Below the pieces are notes generated by a model. It saw only the letters and a program-made list of their open reading frames with translations, searched no databases and was not told where the DNA came from. Made by a program: the position numbers and the translations under genes. From an uncultured Gammaproteobacteria bacterium (GTDB lineage: Bacteria > Patescibacteriota > Patescibacteriia > Magasanikbacterales > JBBTXJ01), in NCBI GenBank assembly GCA_964610305.1, contig CAZSVL010000003.1:13122-77121 (forward strand): a stretch of 64,000 nt of DNA, written 5' to 3'. Below, one piece after another: positions 39,901-47,560 of the stretch; the stretch's first letter is position 1; each line of letters starts with the position of its first letter.

Positions 39901-40436
39901 AAGAAGGCGCCGCATATAGAAGTATTCTCAATAGTTTTGCCGTAGCCGTATCTTTTGGTCTTCAGCATGGCGTAACGCTAGAAAAATACGTAGAGAAATT
40001 CACGTTTACCCGTTTTGAGCCAGCAGGAAGCACGGATCATCCTAATGTAAAGTTTGTTACGTCTATTTTAGACTTTGTCTTTCGTGTTTTGGGAATGGAA
40101 TATTTGGGCAGGACTGATTTTGTGCAGGTGCCACCAACAGGAACGCAAAAAAAGAGATCTGAGCGCATGGCATCTCTGGCGCAAGGCGCGCAGCAGACAA
40201 CTTTGCAGACGCCGGTAGCGCAGGTAGTGGTAGAAAAAGTGGAACGCACCACCGCTGCAGATCCGGCACAGGCATCTACGGCAGATGCTCCAACGCAGGC
40301 AGAAGATGGTATGACCAGCTACCTAAAAAATATGATGGGAGACGCGCCAATGTGCGATCAGTGTGGGCATGTGACTATCCGTAATGGAAGTTGTTATAAG
40401 TGTCTTAATTGTGGATCCACAACAGGTTGTTCCTAG
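36924..40436 (+). CDS. nrdJ: Class II (adenosylcobalamin-dependent) ribonucleotide reductase
   Basis: PNSPQWFNTG, TNPCSEY, APTGTIG, C-terminal zinc/TSCPD region. Confidence 0.95.
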   Translation: MGPTHLQATSSGASSLQPQLKAPQFEKTQAQYNPKGLRFERRFTKEGVSVYDLIKYTKGSSVIREPDGTVVFEMRDITVPESWSQVAVDILAQKYFRKTGVPQYDEQENLIFDKDGSPVLGPERSVKQIVHRLAGCWTDWGKRYGYFASEKDADIYYDEMTYMLLTQRAAPNSPQWFNTGLYWAYGIGGPAQGHWIANNETGELSLAKNAYEHPQPHACFIQSVDDDLVNEGGIMDLWVREARLFKYGSGTGTNFSSLRGAGEKLSGGGKSSGVQGWLLIGDRAAGAIKSGGTTRRAAKMVILDADHPEIEWFVNWKVEEERKVAALVAAGYSSDYEGEAYQTVSGQNSNNSVRIPNKFMESVLSDGNWELKGRVDEGVNRSIKARDLWDQVAYAAWRCADPGIQFDTTINEWNTCPQSGKIRGTNPCSEYVFLDDTACNLASINLAHFYDAQTKQFDVEGFRHAARLWTTTLEIAVLMSALPSKKLAEGTYNFRTLGLGYANIGSVLMTGGIPYDSPEALAFTGAVTATLTGEAYRTSAEMAGFLGTFKKYEDNKEDMLRVMRNHKRAAYNAASEEYEGLTITPTGIDPAHCPDYLLKSARGVWDQAVTLGEKNGYRNAQTTVIAPTGTIGLLMDCATTGVEPDFALVKFKKLAGGGYFKIVNEAVPKALTTLGYTKDQKEEIIAYMRGHGTLKGAPQINPETLKEKGFTDEDLQKIEEQLKSVFDLKFAFNGWILGEEALARLGISEKQAQDLNFNMLSALGFSQEQMQEANEYVCGTMTIEGAPHLKEEHYAVFDCANRCGNKGTRFIPAMAHVRTLAAAQPFVSGSLSKTINMPNEATIEEVKEVYLESWRLDLKCIALYRDGCKLSQPLSTKSDNNTKEEAEGIVDEGEKMLSAATAVAEDIAHQTVQPTLLGGEYTQEVHEKHVLDEFDNAGELKGKRIYIHGERRKLPAKRSGITVEATVGGQKIFLRTGEYPDGTVGEVFIDMFKEGAAYRSILNSFAVAVSFGLQHGVTLEKYVEKFTFTRFEPAGSTDHPNVKFVTSILDFVFRVLGMEYLGRTDFVQVPPTGTQKKRSERMASLAQGAQQTTLQTPVAQVVVEKVERTTAADPAQASTADAPTQAEDGMTSYLKNMMGDAPMCDQCGHVTIRNGSCYKCLNCGSTTGCS

Positions 40437-40529
40437 AGCTTACAAAGAGCAGATGTAAAAAGACCCGGCGAATGCCGGGTTTTTAGGTAAAAAAATACCT
40501 TCCGTTTTACGGGAAGGTAGTGTTAAGAC

Positions 40530-40973
40530 TTACGCATTTCCTTGAGTAGGAAACCACTCCAGGATACGCTGTCTCTCGTGCGAGTACAGCTTGGGCATCG
40601 CGCGGTACAGGTCAGGCCTGAGTGCAGGGAGCCATTCCGCTGCCGCAATCATGTAAACCACTCTGCCCTCCTGCACGGATGTCCACACGCATTCAGGCAG
40701 GAACGTCCAGGCGTTTTCTTGACCAATCTTGATGATCATCTCTCCCGCAACCATCCGGATAGAATGGTGGAAGGTGTCTTCTTCGTAGACGATCTGAGCA
40801 AGATGCTGCAGACGCGTTACCTTTTTCAGGTACGCGTGCATGAGCAGATCAGCCGTGTCTGGCTTAGGCTTTTCCAGAAGCGCAAGCAGCTGCTCGCGCG
40901 ACCGGGTCGCTAGGTAAAGGGTTGTAAGGAAGCGACGTACGCGTCGCCAAAGAGCGCTAAACTTGTTCATCAT
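40530..40973 (-). CDS. Hypothetical protein
   Basis: AGGAG SD before MMNKF; directly downstream of tRNA-Arg. Confidence 0.6.
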   Translation of the reverse strand: MMNKFSALWRRVRRFLTTLYLATRSREQLLALLEKPKPDTADLLMHAYLKKVTRLQHLAQIVYEEDTFHHSIRMVAGEMIIKIGQENAWTFLPECVWTSVQEGRVVYMIAAAEWLPALRPDLYRAMPKLYSHERQRILEWFPTQGNA

Positions 40974-40996
40974 CTCTCCTGAGGAGTTCTCTTGGG

Positions 40997-41184
40997 TACG
41001 CCCGACAGGATTCGATAAGTGGTTGAGTGAAGGGAAAAGTGTGCTTGCACACATTTCCCGAGCGACGCCACTTGGCCCGTAGGGCACCTGCGACCAGAGG
41101 GTTAGAAGCCCACTGCTCTATCCAGCTGAGGGCCGACGCTCCGGTCGGCCCCCCGACCCCTTCGGGCGTCGGGGCTACGAGCGC
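40997..41184 (-). tRNA. tRNA-Arg(TCT) interrupted by two insertions (41131-41174 D-stem; 41016-41085 T-loop)
   Basis: Removing both insertions yields GCGCTCGTAGCTCAGCTGGATAGAGCAGTGGGCTTCTAACCCTCTGGTCGCAGGTTCGAATCCTGTCGGGCGTA. Confidence 0.85.
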
Positions 41185-41203
41185 GTAATATTACAAGTTA
41201 AGG

Positions 41204-41285
41204 TGGGCCCACCGGGGTTTGAACCCGGACACCGTTTAGTAGAGAATTTTAAGTTCTCCGCGTCTACCAATTCCGCCATGAGCCC
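41204..41285 (-). tRNA. tRNA-Leu(TAA)
   Basis: Cloverleaf with variable arm; GAGAA-CTTAAAA-TTCTC. Confidence 0.9.
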
Positions 41286-41291
41286 GGTTAA

Positions 41292-41537
41292 TTACGGCCA
41301 GAGCCGCCTTCTTGTAGTCCCAGAAGCTGCTTTTGCGCGAGGCTTAAGCAGTCTAAAGGGCCACGTGATGATGCTCCAGATGGCTTTTCCGGCCAGCTTA
41401 AGAAGCTTCTTTTCTGCCTTGAGCAGCGCCTTGTGCGCTTTGATGCCGGTGAATTTCTGAATGAAGTGGGCCACAACGTGTACGCAGGCCAACATGATCA
41501 GAACGTTGATTAGTTGCGCCTGAATGGCTGCAGTCAT
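41292..41537 (-). CDS. Small membrane protein
   Basis: GGGAG SD, own promoter; likely co-transcribed with tRNA-Leu/Arg. Confidence 0.6.
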   Translation of the reverse strand: MTAAIQAQLINVLIMLACVHVVAHFIQKFTGIKAHKALLKAEKKLLKLAGKAIWSIITWPFRLLKPRAKAASGTTRRRLWP

Positions 41538-41688
41538 GATTCTCCCAGTGAATTGTTAAAGTACATTATACTATAGCACATTTTTAATGTTTTGTCAAGG
41601 GCAAATCGGCATATTTTAACTAAAATAAGCCATATTTTAGGCGTAGCGCATTGCTAAATATTGCTAAAAATGACAAGATAATACGCGT

Positions 41689-42243
41689 ATGAAAATTTAC
41701 ACAAAAACAGGCGATTCTGGTCAAACCAGCCTCTTTGGAGCCGGACGAGTCTCTAAAGATAATATGAGAGTAAAAGCGTATGGTCAGATAGATGAACTTA
41801 ACTCTTTTATAGGTTTAGCGCGCTCTTATGGGGAAGCTCAAACCACAGCGCTTGATGATGTTTTGCAAAGAATTCAAGATCGTCTTTTTGTCATAGGGAG
41901 TATGCTTGCAACGCCCCAAAGCGCGGCTTTATATACTACGATTCCTCATTTAGCCAAAGAAGATATTCTTTTTTTAGAGGTTGCTTTGGATAAGCTTTCA
42001 GCGCAGATGCCACATTTGCACAGCTTTATTCTACCAGGTGGACACACCATGGCGGGGCAGCTTCATGTGGCGCGCGCAGTCTGCAGAAGAGTTGAACGCT
42101 CCATTGTAAGGCTCAGTGGAGCAGTAGAGGTGGATCCACTTATTGTAATGTATATAAATCGTTTAAGTGATCTTCTTTTTGAGGCAGCACGATGGGTAAA
42201 CCATCGGCATGATATTTTAGAAAAACAATGGAAGGGACGATAA
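41689..42243 (+). CDS. PduO-type ATP:cob(I)alamin adenosyltransferase
   Basis: KIYTKTGDSGQTSL, ARAVCRRVER, NRLSDLLF. Confidence 0.95.
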   Translation: MKIYTKTGDSGQTSLFGAGRVSKDNMRVKAYGQIDELNSFIGLARSYGEAQTTALDDVLQRIQDRLFVIGSMLATPQSAALYTTIPHLAKEDILFLEVALDKLSAQMPHLHSFILPGGHTMAGQLHVARAVCRRVERSIVRLSGAVEVDPLIVMYINRLSDLLFEAARWVNHRHDILEKQWKGR

Positions 42244-42297
42244 TAAAAATCCACGCCCTTATCGCCGTATATCTTTCGCTACAAAGCCTCGCTTCTT

Positions 42298-42394
42298 GTC
42301 ATCCCGGGCTTGACCCGGGATCTCAAGTAAAAACACTTGCGGCAAAACGTTCTTGAGATCCCGGATATTTTGCACCGCAAAATTCCGGGATGAC
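42298..42394. repeat. GTCAT...ATGAC palindromic repeat
   Basis: gtcatcccgggcttgacccgggatctc...gagatcccgg...ccgggatgac. Confidence 0.85.
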
Positions 42395-42467
42395 ACCCGC
42401 GATGAGGCGGGTTTTTGCGATTAAAAAAACTGGCTGCACGCAATGTGTAGCCAGTGTTATTTAGTAG

Positions 42468-44228
42468 TTACGCTGCCTTGGCCTCAGACGCCTGTGCCGT
42501 AGCACGGATCTGACGATCCTGCTCCATCATAGCTTCCCACAGCCAGCGGGTGAACTCGGTAAGCGTACGCCAGCGAGCCATCTTGTGGATGTGACCGTCA
42601 GAGAACAAGGTGAGAAGCGAGCCCTCTTCGGACCACTTTTGCTTCTTGTCCTTTTCCCCCTTACTACGCGCCTTGCGAATGATCACCTCAGTCTTGCCGT
42701 TTGCCGTGATTTCCGCGATGACCTCTCGGTAGTAATTGACAAGCTCAGCCTCAGGAGGCTCAGAGAAAGCGCCAGGATTGCTGGCAACTCCCGTCTCAAG
42801 CAGCTCGCCAATTTCAGCAGCGGTTTTAAGCTCCAGACCTTCATCGGGGATGATCACATCGCCCATCTTAAGGACTCCAGCCACACCACGCAGCAGGTGC
42901 TTAAGGCCGTCTCTGACCTTAATGCGGTGAGGGTGCAACCTGCGGTACTCAGCCTTGATCTCCGCCCGGCGTTCGCTCCAGACACTGTCTCCACCGTGAC
43001 GAACCAGCTGGTCGTCAAAGTTAAAGAGCGCCTGACGCGCCGTCTGAACCCAGTTAGCAACCTCGCCACTGCGCTTGCGCACAAACTGGCCAGAGACGCG
43101 GTGCAGGCCAAAGTATCTGACCAGATCATTGGGCCTCTCAAACCGAGAGATCATGCCAATGCTACCCAGAAGACCTGCGGCAACACCCGGGCCGATGCCC
43201 TTAACGTCCTTTAGGATTTCCTTCCAGACTGGGTGGACACGTACGGCTTTTCCCATGTTCTTTTGGCAATCGTCTTCAACCTCAGTGAGCGCTGCCAGAC
43301 GGGTGTTGTTGGCAAGCTCTCTGGCGAGCGCCTTTGCAATAGAACCCTCTGGGTATTCTGCATTCTCATCGTAGAAGATCGTACCCATGAAGATCTGCTG
43401 AACACGCTGGGAACATTTAATGCGATCCTGCTGAGCAAACTTATGTAGACGCAGAGCGTGCTTAATGTGCAGGATTTTTCTGTCACGCAGCATGATGGCG
43501 TCAAACAAGTTGGGATAATCGCGCGTGAGCTCCGCAAGAACACGGGCATCGTCATCGCTGCTGTCCCCTCGCTTGTCCTTGAGCTTCTTGGAGTGAATGT
43601 GCCCCACAAAGGTGCCCTCACCCAAAAGCTCTGCTGTCTTGGAAAGTGCAAATGCAAAGTCGTTGCCGGTGCCAGAGAGCACCATGCCCAGATGATCACC
43701 CTTGCTCAGGCCGTCATAGGCGGCGGGAATCTTAATGGCAACAAAAGTCTTGCTACCATCCTGATCAACACGCAGATGATCCTCACGCATTTCCGTGAGA
43801 TCCTCAAATTCCTTTGCCTTTCGCCAAATGATTTTCTCAGGCTCAATACCGGAGAGATCCTCATCAGGGCTTACCCTGCGGCGCTTAGCAATGCTACCAT
43901 CTTCATTGAAGGCAATGCCCATCTGATAGGCAACCAAAATGGCGTTTTCAACACGGATGTGTCCGGTGGGAATCTCTGAGATGTCGTCCTTTGCACGAAC
44001 CTCGCGCCACTCAACGTGGTGCTCAGGATAGGTGCTGACATCATCATCGGGCTTTACCTTTCGCATCTTGGTAGGAAAGCGGCCGCGGACAAAGTCCAGC
44101 TCAGCTTCTTCCGTCTCTAGCTTGTAATCAGTTCCGCCCTTGGGGCCTACAATATGAATCTCTGTCGGATGCGCCTCGCCACTTGCCGTCCGCTTTACGC
44201 GGTGTCTCACACCAATGTACCGTCCCAT
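42468..44228 (-). CDS. IS110/Nop-domain (Tas-like) protein with degenerate RuvC-like domain
   Basis: KGIGPGVAAGLLGSIG..SRF....L..YFGL (Transposase_20-like), DDDARVLA, C-terminal GHIHKMARWR..EF..WLW. Confidence 0.7.
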   Translation of the reverse strand: MGRYIGVRHRVKRTASGEAHPTEIHIVGPKGGTDYKLETEEAELDFVRGRFPTKMRKVKPDDDVSTYPEHHVEWREVRAKDDISEIPTGHIRVENAILVAYQMGIAFNEDGSIAKRRRVSPDEDLSGIEPEKIIWRKAKEFEDLTEMREDHLRVDQDGSKTFVAIKIPAAYDGLSKGDHLGMVLSGTGNDFAFALSKTAELLGEGTFVGHIHSKKLKDKRGDSSDDDARVLAELTRDYPNLFDAIMLRDRKILHIKHALRLHKFAQQDRIKCSQRVQQIFMGTIFYDENAEYPEGSIAKALARELANNTRLAALTEVEDDCQKNMGKAVRVHPVWKEILKDVKGIGPGVAAGLLGSIGMISRFERPNDLVRYFGLHRVSGQFVRKRSGEVANWVQTARQALFNFDDQLVRHGGDSVWSERRAEIKAEYRRLHPHRIKVRDGLKHLLRGVAGVLKMGDVIIPDEGLELKTAAEIGELLETGVASNPGAFSEPPEAELVNYYREVIAEITANGKTEVIIRKARSKGEKDKKQKWSEEGSLLTLFSDGHIHKMARWRTLTEFTRWLWEAMMEQDRQIRATAQASEAKAA

Positions 44229-44509
44229 ACTCTTTCCTCCTACAAAAGGACGTTAACAAAACACTACAGGCAAAAAAGGAATGTTTATTGAGCTTGTAGT
44301 GAAAGGGTAACGCAGATTTTATTTTGATTCCGCCACTCTTTACCCTTTTTCCGATGCACACCATGTATGCGCCAGAAAAAAGGTGGGAGATAACTGAAAC
44401 TTCATAATAATCAAGCCCATCATGTCTCCCAATGATGAGCATAGCATTTAATCATATATTTGAAAATCTGTCAAGGACTAAAAAAAGCCTATCTTTAGGC
44501 CTTTTTTTG

Positions 44510-44591
44510 TGCTCGGAGTGGGACTTGAACCCACATGCCTTGCGGCACAGCATTTTAAGTGCTGCGTGTATACCGATTCCACCATCCGAGC
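44510..44591 (-). tRNA. tRNA-Leu(TAA), second copy
   Basis: CAGCA-CTTAAAA-TGCTG, variable arm. Confidence 0.92.
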
Positions 44592-44596
44592 ACTTC

Positions 44597-44708
44597 GTCA
44601 TCTCGACCGAGCAGAGCGAGTGGAGAGATCTCCTCGCTTAAGGTACGTTACCTATAAATGAGAGGATCTCTCCACTACGCTCGCTAAGCTCGTTTCGGTC
44701 GAGATGAC
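44597..44708. repeat. GTCAT...ATGAC palindromic repeat
   Basis: gtcatctcgaccgagc...gtggagagatc / gatctctccac...cggtcgagatgac. Confidence 0.85.
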
Positions 44709-44718
44709 GGTAGATTTG

Positions 44719-44791
44719 TCGGGGCGAGAGGACTTGAACCTCCGGCCTCCTGGTCCCAAACCAGGCGCGCTACCAACTGCGCCACGCCCCG
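44719..44791 (-). tRNA. tRNA-Pro(TGG)
   Basis: CCTGG-TTTGGGA-CCAGG. Confidence 0.93.
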
Positions 44792-44811
44792 ATATTAGCG
44801 TGCATAATATA

Positions 44812-45513
44812 TCATGCCAAGCATTTTTTTTCAAGACCTTCAATGTACCCCATAATTTGATGGAAGACTTTGGTGTTTGTTACACGTATCTGAATAGTTC
44901 CGTAGGGTAAACGATTATAAGGTCTCTTGCTTAGACTAGATTTGCTAACTCCATAGTAGTGCTTCATAAATTGTGTCTTTGGAATACCTGTTACATCCTG
45001 CCAATACTTTAGTACTACTTCTTCATTCATGTGTTGGTAAAGCCTGACTTGTGCTAGGATTTTCTCGTTTTCTACTTCGCAAATTTCTTTTAGAAACCGA
45101 ATAAAGAGGCAAATAAGCTTTGGGTCACTATTTGAGAGTGAAACGGGGTGATAGGTACGTTCTCTACCCTTATAGACAATTGGTCTTTTATATCCTTCAG
45201 CCCAATACAGTGCAGCACCAAGTAAAAGTAGGTTTTGCTTCCCTAGTTTTTGAATTTTTTTTGCTGCGTCTGCACGAATTTTATTGGCTCTTTGTCTGGC
45301 TAGATGAGTTTGTTTTTTATTGTGCTTAACAAGACCTCTTGCAGAGCCTTCTTCTACGCGTTTTTGGAGTCGGCGGTGGGCACTGTCTGACAAATGCACA
45401 TTGCTAAACCAGCCCGAAAGAGTGCTTTTGGGGATTCCTAAGAGTTGATTGATTTCATTATAGCTCCTACCTTTTAATCTTAAAGCAAGAGCCTTTTCTT
45501 TGTCGTGTCTCAT
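44812..45513 (-). CDS. HTH plus LAGLIDADG-like domain protein
   Basis: N-terminal HTH (SYNEINQLLGIPKSTLSGW); LGAALYWAEG and LSNSDPKLI motifs. Confidence 0.7.
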   Translation of the reverse strand: MRHDKEKALALRLKGRSYNEINQLLGIPKSTLSGWFSNVHLSDSAHRRLQKRVEEGSARGLVKHNKKQTHLARQRANKIRADAAKKIQKLGKQNLLLLGAALYWAEGYKRPIVYKGRERTYHPVSLSNSDPKLICLFIRFLKEICEVENEKILAQVRLYQHMNEEVVLKYWQDVTGIPKTQFMKHYYGVSKSSLSKRPYNRLPYGTIQIRVTNTKVFHQIMGYIEGLEKKCLA

Positions 45514-45569
45514 AATAATTGAACCACCTGTACTATTATAGCAAGGTGGTTCAATTATCTCAATTTTTG

Positions 45570-45859
45570 TGCCGGGAGACAGATTCGAACTGTCGACACG
45601 AGGCTCTTCCTAATGTTCTCATGTTGCCATGAGGATTGGACTATCTCATGATCCGCGTGGGATCTCGGGCGCTCGTGGCGAGATTATTGTTGGGACTCAC
45701 TCGCTAGTCTCTACACCTTCCTAGCAACTAATACCCTGCTAGGCTTGGCTCGGGATTGCCCCAATGGGGTTTCCCCGAATTCACCCGATTTTTAATCTAA
45801 TGTTGCCATTAGATGGCCCGAAGTTTCAGGCCCCTGCTCTACCCCTGAGCTACCCCGGC
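45570..45859 (-). tRNA. tRNA-Phe(GAA) containing a group I intron
   Basis: Exons 45828-45859 and 45570-45609 join to GGGGC-CTGAAGA-GCCTC anticodon arm. Confidence 0.9.
45610..45827 (-). ncRNA. Group I intron (218 nt, IC3-like) after U33
   Basis: P1 GGCCU/GGGCC with U-G pair; AAUUCGGGGAA, AAUCCCGAGC, GUAGAGACUA, AGAUAGUCC core; terminal G. Confidence 0.88.
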
Positions 45860-45918
45860 GTTTCTTCGCTTGACTTGTGTTACGTCTGTACCTGCACTAC
45901 GAAGCTTTAGCGAAGTAG

Positions 45919-45991
45919 TGGACCCTACCGGGATCGAACCGGTCGCCTCCGCCTTGCAAAAGCGGCGCTCTACCAGATGAGCTAAGGGCCC
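45919..45991 (-). tRNA. tRNA-Ala(TGC)
   Basis: CCGCT-TTTGCAA-GGCGG; G3-U70. Confidence 0.92.
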
Positions 45992-46038
45992 AGACTAAAC
46001 TTGTGCATCTAAGTTGTAAAACAGTACAGGCCACTGTA

Positions 46039-46106
46039 CAGATGAGGGCCGACGCTCCGGTCGACCCCCCGACTTCGACTCTGTCGAACGTCGGGGCTAA
46101 GGGCCC
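46039..46106 (-). pseudogene. Duplicated 5' fragment of tRNA-Ala with 50-nt D-stem insertion (46047-46096)
   Basis: GGGCCCTTAG[ins]CTCATCTG with the same upstream flank as the intact gene. Confidence 0.82.
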
Positions 46107-46175
46107 AGACTATACGTAAACGCGGTCATAGTATGCCACAGAGCGCTAAATTAGTCAACACGGTTATGGTATAAT

Positions 46176-46682
46176 ATGCCCATGAAGAAAAAGGCGACAA
46201 AAAAGTCTGCAAAGCTAAAACCCGCTGCTCTTGCAGCAGAGGCAAGCGCTCTGTATGACAGCGCGGGAAAAGTAATAAGTAGAATTGTTAGACCCGCAAA
46301 GTTAGAGTTTAAGCTAAAAGATTTTATGCAGGTGGTTGTTGGCGCAACCCTGCTTGCGGTTCCTCTTTGCTACACGGAGGAGGTTTGGAATTTAGGAACC
46401 GTTTTGCCTTTTTGGAATGTGGCGGGAATTGGCGTAATGTCTCTCTTTTTTGTGGCTCTCTTTGTTTATTATAGAATTTATCAAAAATACTTTAAGACGC
46501 ACTATCTCACTTTTTTTAAGCGAGTCTTGTCTATTTATATAGTTTCATTTGGTTTGGTTGCTTTGCTTCTTACTTTAATACAACAAGCGCCTTGGGCCGT
46601 TGATCATATGGTGGCTATAAAGCGCGTGATTATTGCGGGTCTTCCCGCCTCTATGAGCGCCGCCGTGGCAGACATGATTTAA
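46176..46682 (+). CDS. DUF2391-like membrane protein
   Basis: QVVVGATLLAVPLCYTEEVW, PASMSAAVAD. Confidence 0.75.
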   Translation: MPMKKKATKKSAKLKPAALAAEASALYDSAGKVISRIVRPAKLEFKLKDFMQVVVGATLLAVPLCYTEEVWNLGTVLPFWNVAGIGVMSLFFVALFVYYRIYQKYFKTHYLTFFKRVLSIYIVSFGLVALLLTLIQQAPWAVDHMVAIKRVIIAGLPASMSAAVADMI

Positions 46683-46685
46683 GCT

Positions 46686-47528
46686 ATGATGGAAGCCTTC
46701 TCATATTATTTTGCAGAAATAGTAACGCGCATTGGTCTAAAGGCGGTACTTATTTTGTTAGGCGCTTTTTTGATACGGCAAATTTCTAGGCTGGTTATAG
46801 GAAAAGTGGTGAGAGCAACCGTGGTGCCAGATGATCATGTTACTGATGAGGCTGAGAAAAAAAGAGAGGATACCATCATTCATGTTTTTTCTGGCGCATT
46901 TGGCGTCGTTTTATGGACGGCTGCTGCGATGATGATAGTTTCAGAATTTGGCATTGATATTGGACCGCTCATTGCAGGCGCTGGAATTATTGGTGTGGCG
47001 GTTGGTTTTGGTGGGCAGTATTTAATAAGAGATGTGATCTCTGGGCTCTTCATGATTTTGGAGAATCAATATAGAGTGGGGGATTCTGTTTGTTTGAACG
47101 ATACCTGTGGTGTGGTGGAAGAGATTAGTTTGCGCGTAACGGTGCTGCGAGATTTGGATGGCGTAGTACATCATATTCCAAACGGGGAGATTAAGTTAAC
47201 ATCTAACAAATCAAAATCTTTCTCGCGTATCAATTTAAATGTAGGAATCAGCTATGAATCTGATTTGAAAAAAGCCATTGCCACTATAGAGGACGTTGGA
47301 AAGAAGATGGCAAAAGACAGAACATGGAAAACAAAATTAAAAAAGCGCCCCACGTTTTTGCGTGTAGATGACTTAGCGGACTCTGCTGTTGTTCTTAAAA
47401 TAGTTGGAGAGACCAAACCAGGAGATCAATGGGCAGTAACCGGAGAGCTCAGAAAGAGAATAAAATTGGCGTTTGATAAAGCGGGAATAACCATACCGTA
47501 TCCACAATTGACTATCCATCAGAAATAA
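46686..47528 (+). CDS. mscS: Small-conductance mechanosensitive channel family protein
   Basis: AGAGIIGVAVGFGGQ, HIPNGEI, IPYPQ. Confidence 0.9.
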   Translation: MMEAFSYYFAEIVTRIGLKAVLILLGAFLIRQISRLVIGKVVRATVVPDDHVTDEAEKKREDTIIHVFSGAFGVVLWTAAAMMIVSEFGIDIGPLIAGAGIIGVAVGFGGQYLIRDVISGLFMILENQYRVGDSVCLNDTCGVVEEISLRVTVLRDLDGVVHHIPNGEIKLTSNKSKSFSRINLNVGISYESDLKKAIATIEDVGKKMAKDRTWKTKLKKRPTFLRVDDLADSAVVLKIVGETKPGDQWAVTGELRKRIKLAFDKAGITIPYPQLTIHQK

Positions 47529-47560
47529 AACACCGGCCGAAATCTCGACCGGTTTTTTGT

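Noticed and set aside
36924-40436. Intein in NrdJ (also checked RecA, RpoB, RpoC)
   Set aside because: No intein terminal motifs and lengths are within normal range
42245-44500. TIGR array or IS110 element ends around the Nop-fold gene
   Set aside because: No ~36-nt periodic repeats or recognisable IS ends seen by eye; only a structured leader, reported separately
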